A DNA stretch of 32,000 nucleotides from Rhodobacter capsulatus SB 1003 (GCF_000021865.1 NC_014034.1:2940001-2972000); one strand, 5' to 3'; positions 6,764-15,876 are shown, numbered from the stretch's first letter. The notes: generated by a model not told the origin, from the letters alone. Translations and numbers: made by a program.

Positions 6764-8533
6764 ATGACCGACGCCGACAGCCCCGCCGCGACCTCTTCGG
6801 GCTATCAGGTCCTTGCGCGCAAATACCGCCCCGCCACCTTTGCCGATCTGATCGGACAGGAGGCGATGGTGCGCACGCTGAAAAACGCCTTTGCCGCCAG
6901 TCGCATCGCGCAGGCCTTCATCATGACCGGCATCCGCGGCACCGGCAAAACCACCACCGCGCGGATCATCGCCAAGGGGCTGAACTGCATCGGCCCCGAC
7001 GGCACCGGCCAGCCGACGACCGAACCCTGTCTGGTCTGCGAGCATTGCCGCGCCATCGCCGAGGGGCGGCATGTCGATGTGCTGGAAATGGACGCGGCCT
7101 CGCGCACCGGGGTCGGCGACATCCGCGAGATCATCGAAAGCGTGAACTACCGGGCGGCCTCGGCGCGCTACAAGGTCTATATCATCGACGAAGTCCACAT
7201 GCTCTCGACCTCGGCCTTCAACGCGCTTTTGAAAACACTCGAGGAACCGCCCGCGCATGTGAAATTCATCTTCGCCACGACCGAAATCCGCAAGGTGCCG
7301 GTCACGGTCCTGTCGCGCTGCCAGCGCTTCGATCTGCGCCGGATCGAGCCCGAGGTGATGATCAACCACCTCTCCAAGGTCGCGACCAAGGAAAATGCGC
7401 AGATCGCCGAAGATGCGCTGGCGCTGATCACCCGCGCCGCCGAGGGGTCCGTCCGCGATGCGATGTCGCTTCTGGATCAGGCGATTTCGCATGGCGCGGG
7501 GGAAACCACGGCCGATCAGGTCCGCGCCATGCTGGGTCTGGCCGACCGCGCCCGGGTGCTGGATCTGTTTGACATGATCCTCAAGGGCGATGCGGCCGCG
7601 GCGCTGACCGAACTTGGGGCGCAATACAGCGACGGCGCCGATCCGATGGCGGTTCTGCGCGATCTGGCCGAAATCACGCATTGGGTCTCGGTGATCAAGA
7701 TCACCCCCGAGGCCGCCGAGGATCCGACCGTGCCGCCCGAGGAACGCACTCGCGGTCAGGCGATGGCGCAGGCGATCCCGATGCGGGTGCTGAGCCGCCT
7801 GTGGCAGATGTTGCTCAAGGCGATCGAAGAGGTGTCTTCGGCGCCGAATGCGATGATGGCGGCGGAAATGGCGCTGATCCGGCTGACCCATGTCGCCGAT
7901 CTGCCCGACCCGGAAACGCTGATGCGCAAGGTGATGGCGGGCCCCGGCGCCGCGGGCGGGCATGGCCCGTCGCAGGGCGGCGGCGGTGGCGGCGGGCCGC
8001 GCGCCGAAGCCACGACGCGGCACATGATGGGCGGGCGGCCGCTGTCGGTGCAGGGATCGGCGGCGCTGGCGGTGTCGCCCGCGGCCTCGGCCCTGGCGAA
8101 ATATGCGCGCTTTGAAGATGTCGTGGCGCTGATCGGCCGGATGCGCGACGTGAAGCTGCTGGTCGAGGTTGAAAAAGGGGTGCGGCTCGTGCATTACGCG
8201 CCGGGCCGGATCGAATTCGAACCCGCCCCCGGGGCGCCGCGCGATCTGGCGCAGACCCTGGCGCAGCGGCTGCAGGGCTGGACCGGCGCGCGCTGGGGGG
8301 TTTCGGTCGTCTCCGAAGGCGGGGCCGCCACGATCGACGAGACCCGCAATGCCGCCACCCTCGCCGCCGAGGCCGAGGCGCGGGCGGAAAACCGCGTCGT
8401 GCAGGCGATCTTCGCCGCTTTCCCGACGGCGAAATTCGAAGACATCGTGCTGTCGGACGCGCTCGAGGCCGAACAGACCGCCGAGGCCCTGCCCGAGGTC
8501 GAGGACGAATGGGACCCGTTCGAAGACGGCTGA
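6764..8533 (+). CDS. dnaX: DNA polymerase III subunit tau/gamma
   Basis: Start at ATG 6764 (MTDADSPAATSSGYQVLARKYRP). Walker A GIRGTGKTTTARI, zinc module CLVCEHC, DEVHML, SRCQRFDL. Gly-rich linker, then a tau C-terminal domain. Confidence 0.95.
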   Translation: MTDADSPAATSSGYQVLARKYRPATFADLIGQEAMVRTLKNAFAASRIAQAFIMTGIRGTGKTTTARIIAKGLNCIGPDGTGQPTTEPCLVCEHCRAIAEGRHVDVLEMDAASRTGVGDIREIIESVNYRAASARYKVYIIDEVHMLSTSAFNALLKTLEEPPAHVKFIFATTEIRKVPVTVLSRCQRFDLRRIEPEVMINHLSKVATKENAQIAEDALALITRAAEGSVRDAMSLLDQAISHGAGETTADQVRAMLGLADRARVLDLFDMILKGDAAAALTELGAQYSDGADPMAVLRDLAEITHWVSVIKITPEAAEDPTVPPEERTRGQAMAQAIPMRVLSRLWQMLLKAIEEVSSAPNAMMAAEMALIRLTHVADLPDPETLMRKVMAGPGAAGGHGPSQGGGGGGGPRAEATTRHMMGGRPLSVQGSAALAVSPAASALAKYARFEDVVALIGRMRDVKLLVEVEKGVRLVHYAPGRIEFEPAPGAPRDLAQTLAQRLQGWTGARWGVSVVSEGGAATIDETRNAATLAAEAEARAENRVVQAIFAAFPTAKFEDIVLSDALEAEQTAEALPEVEDEWDPFEDG

Positions 8534-8611
8534 CCCCCTGCGGCGCTGACTGCCTTGCCCCGGCCCCGGCCGATGCTTATCTGTGAGCGCGAAACCGATC
8601 GGAGGACCACG

Positions 8612-8956
8612 ATGTTCAAGGGACTGGGACAGCTTGGCGACATGGCCAAGATGATGAAAGCGGCCAAGGAAATGCAGGAGCGCATGCTGACCCTGCAGGA
8701 AGAGCTGGGCCGGATGATCGTCATCGGCGAAGCGGGCGGCGGTCTGGTGAAGGCGCGCGTCACCGCCAAGGGCGAGCTGACCGGCCTTGATATCGACCCG
8801 ACGATCCTTGTCGCCTCGGAAAAGGAAGTGGTCGAGGATCTGATCGTCGCCGCGGTCAAGGATGCGCAGGCGCGCGCGCAGGACAAGGCCGGCGAGGAAC
8901 AGCGCAAGCTGATGACCGAGCTTGGCCTGCCCGCCGACATGGGCCTGCCCGGCTGA
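8612..8956 (+). CDS. ybaB: YbaB/EbfC family nucleoid-associated protein
   Basis: ATG 8612 follows [31 protein letters not shown]... Conserved dnaX-ybaB-recR order. Confidence 0.9.
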   Translation: MFKGLGQLGDMAKMMKAAKEMQERMLTLQEELGRMIVIGEAGGGLVKARVTAKGELTGLDIDPTILVASEKEVVEDLIVAAVKDAQARAQDKAGEEQRKLMTELGLPADMGLPG

Positions 8957-8970
8957 GATGCGCCCCTGAA

Positions 8971-9570
8971 ATGAGCGGCCCCCGCGACGAGATCGAGGCG
9001 CTGATCGCGCAGATGGCGCGACTGCCGGGGCTTGGCCCCCGCTCTGCCCGGCGCGCGGTGCTGCATCTTCTGCGCAAGCGCGAGGGGCAGATGGCGCCCC
9101 TTGCGGCGGCGCTGTCGCGGGTGGCCGAAACCGCCCGCGATTGCCCGATCTGCGGCAATATCGCGATGGGCGCCAGCTGCGAGATCTGCGACAGCCCCGC
9201 CCGCGCCATCGGCGAAATCTGCGTCGTCGAGGATGTCGCCGATCTTTGGGCGCTGGAACGCGGCGGCGCCTTCAAGGGCCGCTACCACGTTCTGGGCGGC
9301 ACTTTGTCCGCGCTTGATGCCATCGGCCCCGAGGAATTGCGCATCCCGCAGCTGATCGCCCGCATCCGCGCCGAGGCGGTCACCGAGGTGATCCTGGCGC
9401 TGAATGCCACGGTCGAGGGGCAGACGACGGCGCATTACATCGCCGAGGCGCTGGAGGGCACGGGGGTGCGCGTGACCTCGCTGGCGCAGGGCGTGCCGAT
9501 CGGCGGCGAACTCGACTATCTCGATGACGGCACGATCTCGGCGGCGCTGCGGGCGCGGCGGGCGCTGTGA
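8971..9570 (+). CDS. recR: Recombination protein RecR
   Basis: 199 aa with HhH N-terminus ([11 protein letters not shown]), zinc finger CPICGNI..CEIC and a Toprim region. Confidence 0.95.
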   Translation: MSGPRDEIEALIAQMARLPGLGPRSARRAVLHLLRKREGQMAPLAAALSRVAETARDCPICGNIAMGASCEICDSPARAIGEICVVEDVADLWALERGGAFKGRYHVLGGTLSALDAIGPEELRIPQLIARIRAEAVTEVILALNATVEGQTTAHYIAEALEGTGVRVTSLAQGVPIGGELDYLDDGTISAALRARRAL

Positions 9571-9917
9571 TGGGCACCCGCACCGAAACCGTCGCCTTCT
9601 TTCTGGAACAGCTTGACGGGCGCGGGGTCACGGCGCGCAAGATGTTTGGCGAATACGGCATCTATGCGGGCGGCAGGATGGTGGCGCTGATCTGCGACGA
9701 CACCCTTTTCGTGCGCCCGATCCCCGAGGCGGCCGCCTATCTGGGCACCCCGGTCGAGGGCCTGCCCTACCCCGGCGCGAAACCGCATTTCCGCATCGAA
9801 CCCGACCTTTGGGAACAGGCCGACTGGCTTTGGGGCCTGATCGCGCTGATGGCGCGCAGCCTGCCCGAGCCGCAGCCCAAGACGCGTAAACCCGCCAAAC
9901 CAAAGGGAAATGGTTAA
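9570..9917 (+). CDS. TfoX/Sxy N-terminal-domain protein
   Basis: KMFGEYGIYAGGRMVALICDDTLFVR is typical of the TfoX_N domain. ATG 9570 overlaps the recR TGA (TGATG); a GTG at 9567 is also possible. Confidence 0.75.
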   Translation: MGTRTETVAFFLEQLDGRGVTARKMFGEYGIYAGGRMVALICDDTLFVRPIPEAAAYLGTPVEGLPYPGAKPHFRIEPDLWEQADWLWGLIALMARSLPEPQPKTRKPAKPKGNG

Positions 9918-9991
9918 CGTCCTCGCATGAAGCATTGATCCCACCCCCCGCCGGGTCTATCAGGGGGAAAAGCTTGCAGCGGGTGTTGCCG

Positions 9992-10657
9992 ATGAACCGC
10001 CTATATCACGTTGCTCTCTCGCCCTTTTGCCGCAAGGTGCGGCTCACGCTCGCCGAAAAACGCATCGAGGTCGAGCTGGTCGAAGAGCGCTACTGGGAAA
10101 AAAGCACCGATTTCCTGCGCCGCAACCCGGCCGGGAAAGTGCCGGTGCTGCGCTATGACAACCGGCTGTTTTCGGAAAGTCAGGCGATCTGCGAATATCT
10201 CGACGAGGTGGTGCCCGGCCCGCCGCTGATGCCGCGCGACGCCGATGCGCGTTACGAGGTCCGCCGCCTCTGCACCTGGTTCGACGACAAGTTCAACACC
10301 GAGGTCACCGCCAAGGTGATGGGCGAACGGGTCTGGAAGAAAGTGCAGAAAAAGGGCTATCCGGACAGCAAGACGGTCAAGGAGGGCCTCGGCGCGATCA
10401 AGTATCACATCGATTACATGGCCTGGCTTCTGGACAGCCGCCGCTGGCTGGCGGGCGACGTGATGACCCTGGCCGATTTCGCCGCCGCCGCGCATCTGAG
10501 CTGTCTTGACTATATCTCGGACGTGGATTGGCACCGGTCCGAAGCGGTGAAGGAATGGTATGCGAAGATCAAGTCGCGCCCGGCCTTTCGCTCGCTTCTG
10601 GCAGATCAGCTGCCCGGGGTGCCGCCCTCGCCGCAATATGCGGAACTTGATTTCTGA
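9992..10657 (+). CDS. Glutathione S-transferase family protein
   Basis: MNRLYHVALSPFCRKVRL...GKVPVL...ESQAICEYL is a thioredoxin-like GST N-domain, followed by a helical C-domain. Confidence 0.85.
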   Translation: MNRLYHVALSPFCRKVRLTLAEKRIEVELVEERYWEKSTDFLRRNPAGKVPVLRYDNRLFSESQAICEYLDEVVPGPPLMPRDADARYEVRRLCTWFDDKFNTEVTAKVMGERVWKKVQKKGYPDSKTVKEGLGAIKYHIDYMAWLLDSRRWLAGDVMTLADFAAAAHLSCLDYISDVDWHRSEAVKEWYAKIKSRPAFRSLLADQLPGVPPSPQYAELDF

Positions 10658-10665
10658 AGCAAGCC

Positions 10666-10784
10666 GGGGGCTCTGCCCCCGGACCCCCGGGATATTTGAG
10701 GCAAGATGAAACACGCCCCTTTCATCTTGCCCCAAATATCCCGGGGGTGAATTTGCCGTCAGGCAAAGAGGGGGCAGCTCCCCC
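10666..10784. repeat. Composite palindromic intergenic element, copy 2 of 5
   Basis: GGGGGCTCTGCCCCC-GGA-CCCCCGGGATATTTGAGGCAAGATGAA ... TTCATCTTGCCCCAAATATCCCGGGGG ... (TTTGCCGTCAGGCAAA) ... GGGGGCAGCTCCCCC. Starts 9 nt after the GST stop. Confidence 0.85.
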
Positions 10785-10816
10785 TGCCCCGGCTGAGGGA
10801 GGCGGAACTGGAAACC

Positions 10817-11833
10817 TTGAAGACCCGCCTGATCGAAGAGGCCCGCGCGATCGGCTTTGCGAAAGCGCGGATCACCCGGCCCGACGCCTGTCCGGACCTG
10901 CCCGACCGGCTGTCGGCCTTTGTCGCGGCCGGGTATCACGGGCAGATGTCCTGGATGGCCGAGCGGATGGAGTGGCGGGGCAATCCGGCCGCGCTTTGGC
11001 CCGAGGCACGTTCGGTGATCCTGCTCGCCGAAAGCTACACGCCCGAGGTTGACCCGCGCGAAGCCACGCGGCAGCCCGGGCACGGCGCGATTTCGGTCTA
11101 TGCGCAGGGCAAGGATTACCACGATCTGGTGAAGCGGCGGCTGAAGCGGCTGGGGCGCTGGTTGATCGAGAATTCGCCTTGCGAGATCAAGGTCTTCGTC
11201 GATACCGCCCCGGTGATGGAAAAGCCGCTTTCGCAGGCCGCGGGGCTGGGTTGGCAGGGCAAGCACACCAATCTTCTGGCGCGCGATCTGGGCAATTGGG
11301 TGTTTCTGGGCGCGATTTTCACCACGCTGGATCTGCCGCCCGATGCGCCCGAGATCAGCCATTGCGGCAGCTGCACCGCCTGTCTGGACGCCTGCCCGAC
11401 CGAGGCTTTTGTCGCGCCTTATCAGATGGATGCGCGGCGCTGCATTTCCTATCTGACGATCGAGCACCGCGGCCCGGTCGATCCCGAGCTGCGCCCGGGG
11501 CTGGGCAACCGGATCTATGGCTGCGACGATTGTCTGGCCGCCTGCCCCTGGAACAAATTCGCCGCCACCGCGCGCGACATCGGTTACGCGGCAAAACAGG
11601 GCACGCCCGCGCTGACCGAGATCCTGGCGCTTGACGACGCCGCCTTTCGCGCGCGGTTTGCGGGCAGCCCCGTCAAGCGCATCGGCCGCGACCGGATGAT
11701 CCGCAACGCGCTTTATGCGCTGGGAAATTCCGGGCGCCGGGATCTGGCCGCGGCCGCCCGCCCGCATCTGGACGACCCCGATCCCGCCGTGGCCGAGGCC
11801 GCCGCCTGGGCGCTGGCGCGGCTCGGCCTTTGA
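10817..11833 (+). CDS. queG: tRNA epoxyqueuosine(34) reductase
   Basis: Two 4Fe-4S motifs, [15 protein letters not shown] and [13 protein letters not shown], plus C-terminal HEAT-like repeats. The start is uncertain: TTG at 10817 in the track, or an in-frame CTG at 10808 closer to the GAGGGAGG SD. Confidence 0.85.
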   Translation: MKTRLIEEARAIGFAKARITRPDACPDLPDRLSAFVAAGYHGQMSWMAERMEWRGNPAALWPEARSVILLAESYTPEVDPREATRQPGHGAISVYAQGKDYHDLVKRRLKRLGRWLIENSPCEIKVFVDTAPVMEKPLSQAAGLGWQGKHTNLLARDLGNWVFLGAIFTTLDLPPDAPEISHCGSCTACLDACPTEAFVAPYQMDARRCISYLTIEHRGPVDPELRPGLGNRIYGCDDCLAACPWNKFAATARDIGYAAKQGTPALTEILALDDAAFRARFAGSPVKRIGRDRMIRNALYALGNSGRRDLAAAARPHLDDPDPAVAEAAAWALARLGL

Positions 11834-11870
11834 CCCTTTCCTTCGGCCCGCAAAGGCGTAAGCTGGCCGC

Positions 11871-12821
11871 ATGTCTGCCCCCCTTGCCGCGGTCGGCCCG
11901 CCCCCCAACCCGGTGACCGGGATCACCCTGAAGATCCTGTCCGTTCTGGTCTTCATCGCCATGTCGACGGTGATCAAGGTTCTGGCCCCGCATGTCCCGC
12001 CGGGCGAGACTGTCTTCTTCCGCTCGCTTTTCGCCATTCCGGTCATTCTGGCCTGGCTTTTGTGGCGGCGCGAGCTTTCGGTCGGGCTGAAGGTGCGCCA
12101 ACCGATGGGCCATGTCTGGCGCGGCGTCGCAGGCACCTCGGCGATGGGGCTGGGCTTTGCGGGGCTCGCCTTTCTGCCCCTGCCCGAGGTCACGGCCCTG
12201 GGCTATGCCGCGCCGCTTCTGACCGTGATCTTCGCCGCGATGTTTCTGGGCGAGGAGGTCCGGGCCTTTCGGCTGAGCGCCGTCACGCTTGGTCTGATCG
12301 GCGTTCTGATCGTGCTTTGGCCGCGGCTGGGCAGCTTCGAGAGCGGCAATCCGACCGCCACGCTTGGCGCGATGCTGGTGATCATGGGGGCGACATTCGC
12401 CGCGCTGGCCCAGGTCTTCATCCGCAAGATGGTCGCGACCGAGCGCACCTCGGCCATCGTGTTCTGGTTTTCCGTCACCTCGACCGGGCTGTCGCTGATC
12501 TCATTGCCCTTCGGCTGGGTCGTCCCCACGCCCTATGAGGCCACGCTTTTGATTTCCTGCGGGATTCTGGGCGGGATCGGGCAGATCCTGCTGACCTCCT
12601 CCTATCGCTTTGCCGATGCCTCGATCGTGGCGCCGTTCGAATATGTCTCGATGCTGTTTGCCCTGGGCATCGGCTACTGGATGTTTGCCGAAGTGCCGAC
12701 GGTCTGGATGCTGGGGGGCGCGGGGCTGATCATCGCCGCGGGGGTGATGATCATCTGGCGCGAGCGGCGGCTGGGGCTGGAACGGCAGCGCGCGCGCAAG
12801 GCGGTGACGCCGCAGGGCTGA
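11871..12821 (+). CDS. EamA/DMT superfamily transporter
   Basis: 316 aa with about 10 hydrophobic spans and a duplicated EamA-like architecture. Confidence 0.85.
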   Translation: MSAPLAAVGPPPNPVTGITLKILSVLVFIAMSTVIKVLAPHVPPGETVFFRSLFAIPVILAWLLWRRELSVGLKVRQPMGHVWRGVAGTSAMGLGFAGLAFLPLPEVTALGYAAPLLTVIFAAMFLGEEVRAFRLSAVTLGLIGVLIVLWPRLGSFESGNPTATLGAMLVIMGATFAALAQVFIRKMVATERTSAIVFWFSVTSTGLSLISLPFGWVVPTPYEATLLISCGILGGIGQILLTSSYRFADASIVAPFEYVSMLFALGIGYWMFAEVPTVWMLGGAGLIIAAGVMIIWRERRLGLERQRARKAVTPQG

Positions 12822-12916
12822 CCGAAGCGCGAGATTCCGCCCGACCATGATCCTGAGCAAAGACAGGGCGGTGATTCTGTGCTAGTCTTCCCTCAGATGA
12901 AGCGAAGGAGGCAACC

Positions 12917-13111
12917 ATGACCCGTTCCATCATCGATCACGCCGAACAAGCGGCCGAAGGCACGCGGATGCGGCAATTCCTCGACATCGACCGGCGTAGC
13001 GGCATGCATCCGGCTGTGGATGCGCTGGTGCGGCGCCCGGCGGAACGCTCGGAAGCTAAGGTCCGGGAGTTCCTGCGCATCGATCGCGAGGAAGCCCGGA
13101 GGGACGAGTGA
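12917..13111 (+). CDS. Small charged hypothetical protein (64 aa) with an internal repeat
   Basis: Strong SD AAGGAGG 5-6 nt before the ATG. Repeated motif MRQFLDIDRR / VREFLRIDRE. An intrinsic terminator lies 75 nt downstream. Confidence 0.55.
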   Translation: MTRSIIDHAEQAAEGTRMRQFLDIDRRSGMHPAVDALVRRPAERSEAKVREFLRIDREEARRDE

Positions 13112-13185
13112 ACCGGACCCCCTGAAACCCGGGGGCCGCAACGGTGACGGGCATGTCTCCGGCGTGCCACCGTAGCGGCGGGATG

Positions 13186-13234
13186 AAAAAGACCAAGGCG
13201 GGCCGTGCGCAGACGGCCCCGCCTTGGTCTTTTC
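13186..13234. terminator. Bidirectional rho-independent terminator
   Basis: AAAAAGACCAAGGCGGGCC-loop-GGCCCCGCCTTGGTCTTTTC. A GC-rich 15-bp stem is flanked by an A-run on one side and a T-run on the other. Confidence 0.65.
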
Positions 13235-13262
13235 GGGGGCGCATTCTCTGAAAGCGCCTGAC

Positions 13263-13495
13263 TTGGCCGCGGCCGGTGACGCGGCCATGCGAGACATCTG
13301 CAGTCACCACCGCCGGGGACCAAAGTCCCCGGCCAGCGCCCGCCCCGCCCATAGCGGGCGCTTCTCGCCCGCCGGGGCAGGCGCCGGCCTCTGTTGCGCG
13401 CGGGGCAGACGGTCTTGGCGCAAGCGGTGTCCGAACGGGCGGGGAAAGGCGATGCCTTTCCTGTTCCGCCCGAACCGAGGGGGCAGGTTCAGGCC
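13263..13495 (+). repeat. ~230-nt multi-hairpin repeat, copy B
   Basis: Collinear with 5034-5266. Its last nucleotides overlap the ilvE stop codon (13489-13491). Confidence 0.7.
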
Positions 13496-14358
13496 CGCAC
13501 CAGCTTTTCGTAGCTTTCCGCCACGTCGCGGGTCAGCGCGCCGACTTCGAAGTTGAAATCGCCGATCTGCCCCACCGGGGTCACCTCGGCCGCGGTGCCG
13601 GTCAGCCAGCACTGCTCGAAGCCCGCCAGTTCCACCGGCTCGATGTGGCGCTCATGCACGGTGATGCCCTTGCCCTTCAGCATCTCGATCACCGTCTGCC
13701 GGGTCAGACCGTTCAGGAAGCAATCCGGCAGCGGCGTGTGCACTTCGCCGTTCTTCACGAAGAACACGTTCGCGCCGGTCGCCTCGGCCACATAGCCGCG
13801 GTAATCCATCATCAGCGCATCCGAGCAGCCCTTGGCCTCGGCGGCGTGTTTCGACATCGTGCAGATCATGTAAAGACCGGCGGCCTTGGCGGCGGACGGA
13901 ATGGTCTTCGGATCGGGGCGGCGCCATTTCGAGATGTCGAGCTTGGCGCCCTTCATCTTCGCATCGCCGTAATAGTTGCCCCATTCCCAACCGGCGATCG
14001 CCAGCCGCACCGGGTTCCGACGCGCCGAGACCCCCATGTCATCGCCCGCGCCGCGCCAGGCGATGGCGCGCACATAGGCGTCCTTCCAGCCGTTCGCTTC
14101 CAGCATCGCATATTTCGCCGCCTCGATCTCCTGCACCGAATAGGGGATCTCGAAATCCAGCAGCTCGGCCGAGCGGCGCAGCCGCATCGAATGCTCCACC
14201 CCCTTGAAGATCTTGCCATTGTAGCAGCGCTCGCCCTCGAAGACGGAGGAGGCGTAATGCAGCGCATGGGTCAGGATATGGACCTTGGCATCGCGCCATT
14301 CGACCAGTTTCCCGTCCATCCAGATCTTGCCGTCACGATCGTCGTAAGCCCCGGCCAT
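13489..14358 (-). CDS. ilvE: Branched-chain amino acid aminotransferase (class IV)
   Basis: Start at ATG 14356-14358 behind AAGGAGG (MAGAYDDRDGKIWMDGKLV...). 289 aa with typical IlvE blocks (SSVFEGERCY, GLYMICTMSKHAAEAKG, LTGTAAEVTPV). Confidence 0.9.
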   Translation of the reverse strand: MAGAYDDRDGKIWMDGKLVEWRDAKVHILTHALHYASSVFEGERCYNGKIFKGVEHSMRLRRSAELLDFEIPYSVQEIEAAKYAMLEANGWKDAYVRAIAWRGAGDDMGVSARRNPVRLAIAGWEWGNYYGDAKMKGAKLDISKWRRPDPKTIPSAAKAAGLYMICTMSKHAAEAKGCSDALMMDYRGYVAEATGANVFFVKNGEVHTPLPDCFLNGLTRQTVIEMLKGKGITVHERHIEPVELAGFEQCWLTGTAAEVTPVGQIGDFNFEVGALTRDVAESYEKLVRA

Positions 14359-14419
14359 CACGCCCTCCTTGGCTGCTTCGTTTTCACAAGTTGCGCCATC
14401 TAGGTCCGTCTCGGACATA

Positions 14420-14433
14420 ATATTGCGCAAAAT
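14420..14433. promoter_or_regulatory. Near-perfect 14-bp palindrome in the A/T-rich ilvE/petP divergent region (candidate MarR-type operator)
   Basis: ATATTGCGCAAAAT is 12/14 self-complementary, with a perfect TTGCGCAA core. GCGCAAAA recurs at 14488-14495. Confidence 0.3.
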
Positions 14434-14506
14434 CTGCGCTTCGGTAACAATTGATTCTTGGAAAGTCAACAAGGCTGACATAAAGTCGCGCAAAAGCGAG
14501 GATCAC

Positions 14507-15007
14507 ATGGCCGATACCGGAGCCCCCGGGGGCGAAACGCTCCTGTTTCTGACCGACGAACAGCTGCGCAAGGGCATCGAGGCGATGTTCTTTGCCTATC
14601 GCGGCTTCACCGCCGATCCGGACCGGATCCTGGATCAGCACGATTATGGCCGGGCGCATCACCGCGCCATCCACTTCATCAACCGCGAGCCGGGGCTGAC
14701 GGTGACGACGCTGATCTCGGTGCTGGGGGTGACGAAGCAAAGCCTGAACCGGGTCCTGCGCACGCTCATTGACGATGGTCTGGTCGAAAGCCGCGTCGGG
14801 CGGCGCGACAAGCGCGAGCGGCATCTGCACCTGACCGAAAAGGGCGCGGTGCTGGAACGCGAATTGTCCGAGGCGCAACGGGTGCGGATGCGCGCCGCCT
14901 ATCGCGCGGCGGGGCCGCAGGCGGTGGCGGGCTTCCGGCAGGTGCTGGAGGCGATGATGGATCCGGCGATGCGGCGCCATTACCAGATGCTGAAGGATGC
15001 CGAATGA
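14507..15007 (+). CDS. petP: MarR-family transcriptional regulator (petP position)
   Basis: ATG 14507 follows GAGGA. Winged-helix core LTVTTLISVLGVTKQSLNRVLRTLIDDGLVESRVGRRDKRERHLHLTEKG. The stop overlaps the petR start (ATGA). The symbol comes from memory of the R. capsulatus petP-petR-petABC literature. Confidence 0.8.
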   Translation: MADTGAPGGETLLFLTDEQLRKGIEAMFFAYRGFTADPDRILDQHDYGRAHHRAIHFINREPGLTVTTLISVLGVTKQSLNRVLRTLIDDGLVESRVGRRDKRERHLHLTEKGAVLERELSEAQRVRMRAAYRAAGPQAVAGFRQVLEAMMDPAMRRHYQMLKDAE

Positions 15008-15717
15008 TGTCGGCCTCGCCCCCGCATCTTCTGATCGTCGATGACGACGAACGGATTCGTGGTCTTCTGCAGAAGTTCCTGATCCGCAACGGCTTTCTGG
15101 TCACGGCCGGGCGGGATGCGGCGCATGCCCGCCGCCTGCTCTCGGGGCTCGAATTCAACCTGATCGTGCTTGACGTGATGATGCCGGGCGAGGACGGGCT
15201 GTCGCTCACCCGCGATCTGCGCACGAAGATGGCGACGCCGATCCTGCTTCTGACCGCGCGCGGCGAAACCCGCGAGCGGATCGAGGGGCTCGAGGCCGGG
15301 GCCGATGACTACCTGCCCAAACCGTTCGAGCCGAAGGAACTTCTGCTGCGCATCAACGCGATCTTGCGGCGCGTGCCCGAGGCGGTGACGGCGGGGCCGA
15401 AATATCTGTCGCTTGGTCCGCTGCGCTATGATCTCGACCGCGGCGAGCTGAGCCAGGGCGATCAGCCGGTGCGACTCACCGCGACCGAGGCCGCGCTGAT
15501 GCGAATCTTCGCCGCCCATGCGGGCGAGGTGATCGGGCGCACCGAGCTGATCGAGGAGCTGGGCCGGGACCGTTCCGCCAGCGCCGAGGAGGCCGCGGGC
15601 GACCGCGCCGTCGATGTGCAGATCACCCGTCTGCGCCGCAAGATCGAGCCCGACCCGCGCGAACCGCGCTACCTGCAGACGGTGCGCGGACTTGGCTACA
15701 TGCTTGCACCCGATTGA
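15004..15717 (+). CDS. petR: OmpR-family response regulator
   Basis: Receiver domain ([11 protein letters not shown]...[11 protein letters not shown] in YLPKPF) plus a winged-helix output domain ([11 protein letters not shown]). Lies directly upstream of petABC, as described for R. capsulatus petR. Confidence 0.9.
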   Translation: MMSASPPHLLIVDDDERIRGLLQKFLIRNGFLVTAGRDAAHARRLLSGLEFNLIVLDVMMPGEDGLSLTRDLRTKMATPILLLTARGETRERIEGLEAGADDYLPKPFEPKELLLRINAILRRVPEAVTAGPKYLSLGPLRYDLDRGELSQGDQPVRLTATEAALMRIFAAHAGEVIGRTELIEELGRDRSASAEEAAGDRAVDVQITRLRRKIEPDPREPRYLQTVRGLGYMLAPD

Positions 15718-15876
15718 GGCCTGCAAGCGCCTGCCCCAGCGACAAAAAAGCGCGAATCGGGCCGAGCCGCGGCTTTTCGCCTCACCCTCTTGTGAATGTA
15801 TGCTGGACTGCGGGTTTCCCGGACGCTAAACGGGCACTGTCCGGCCGCATTCTGTGTGGCCCGCAAAGGCGCATCG

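Noticed and set aside
6574-6765. N-terminal 64-codon extension of ORF 5467..6765
   Set aside because: It would overlap the dnaX start codon and putative promoter. The extension is Gly/Arg/Ala-rich, and the internal ATG at 6571-6573 gives a sensible N-terminus.
8168-8180. A-run (GAAAAAGGG) in dnaX as a possible programmed -1 frameshift site for gamma
   Set aside because: In frame it reads gaa-aaa-ggg, which does not fit the X XXY YYZ heptamer. It lies in the C-terminal domain rather than after domain III, and no downstream stem-loop was seen.
6674-9435. ORFs 6674..8194 (-) of 506 aa and 8194..9435 (-) of 413 aa
   Set aside because: They are antisense shadows of dnaX, ybaB and recR, with low-complexity Arg/His/Gly/Ala composition.
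10001-12193. 730-aa ORF on the minus strand
   Set aside because: It spans three unrelated plus-strand genes (GST, queG, DMT transporter) and a repeat element, with a typical GC-rich antisense open frame.
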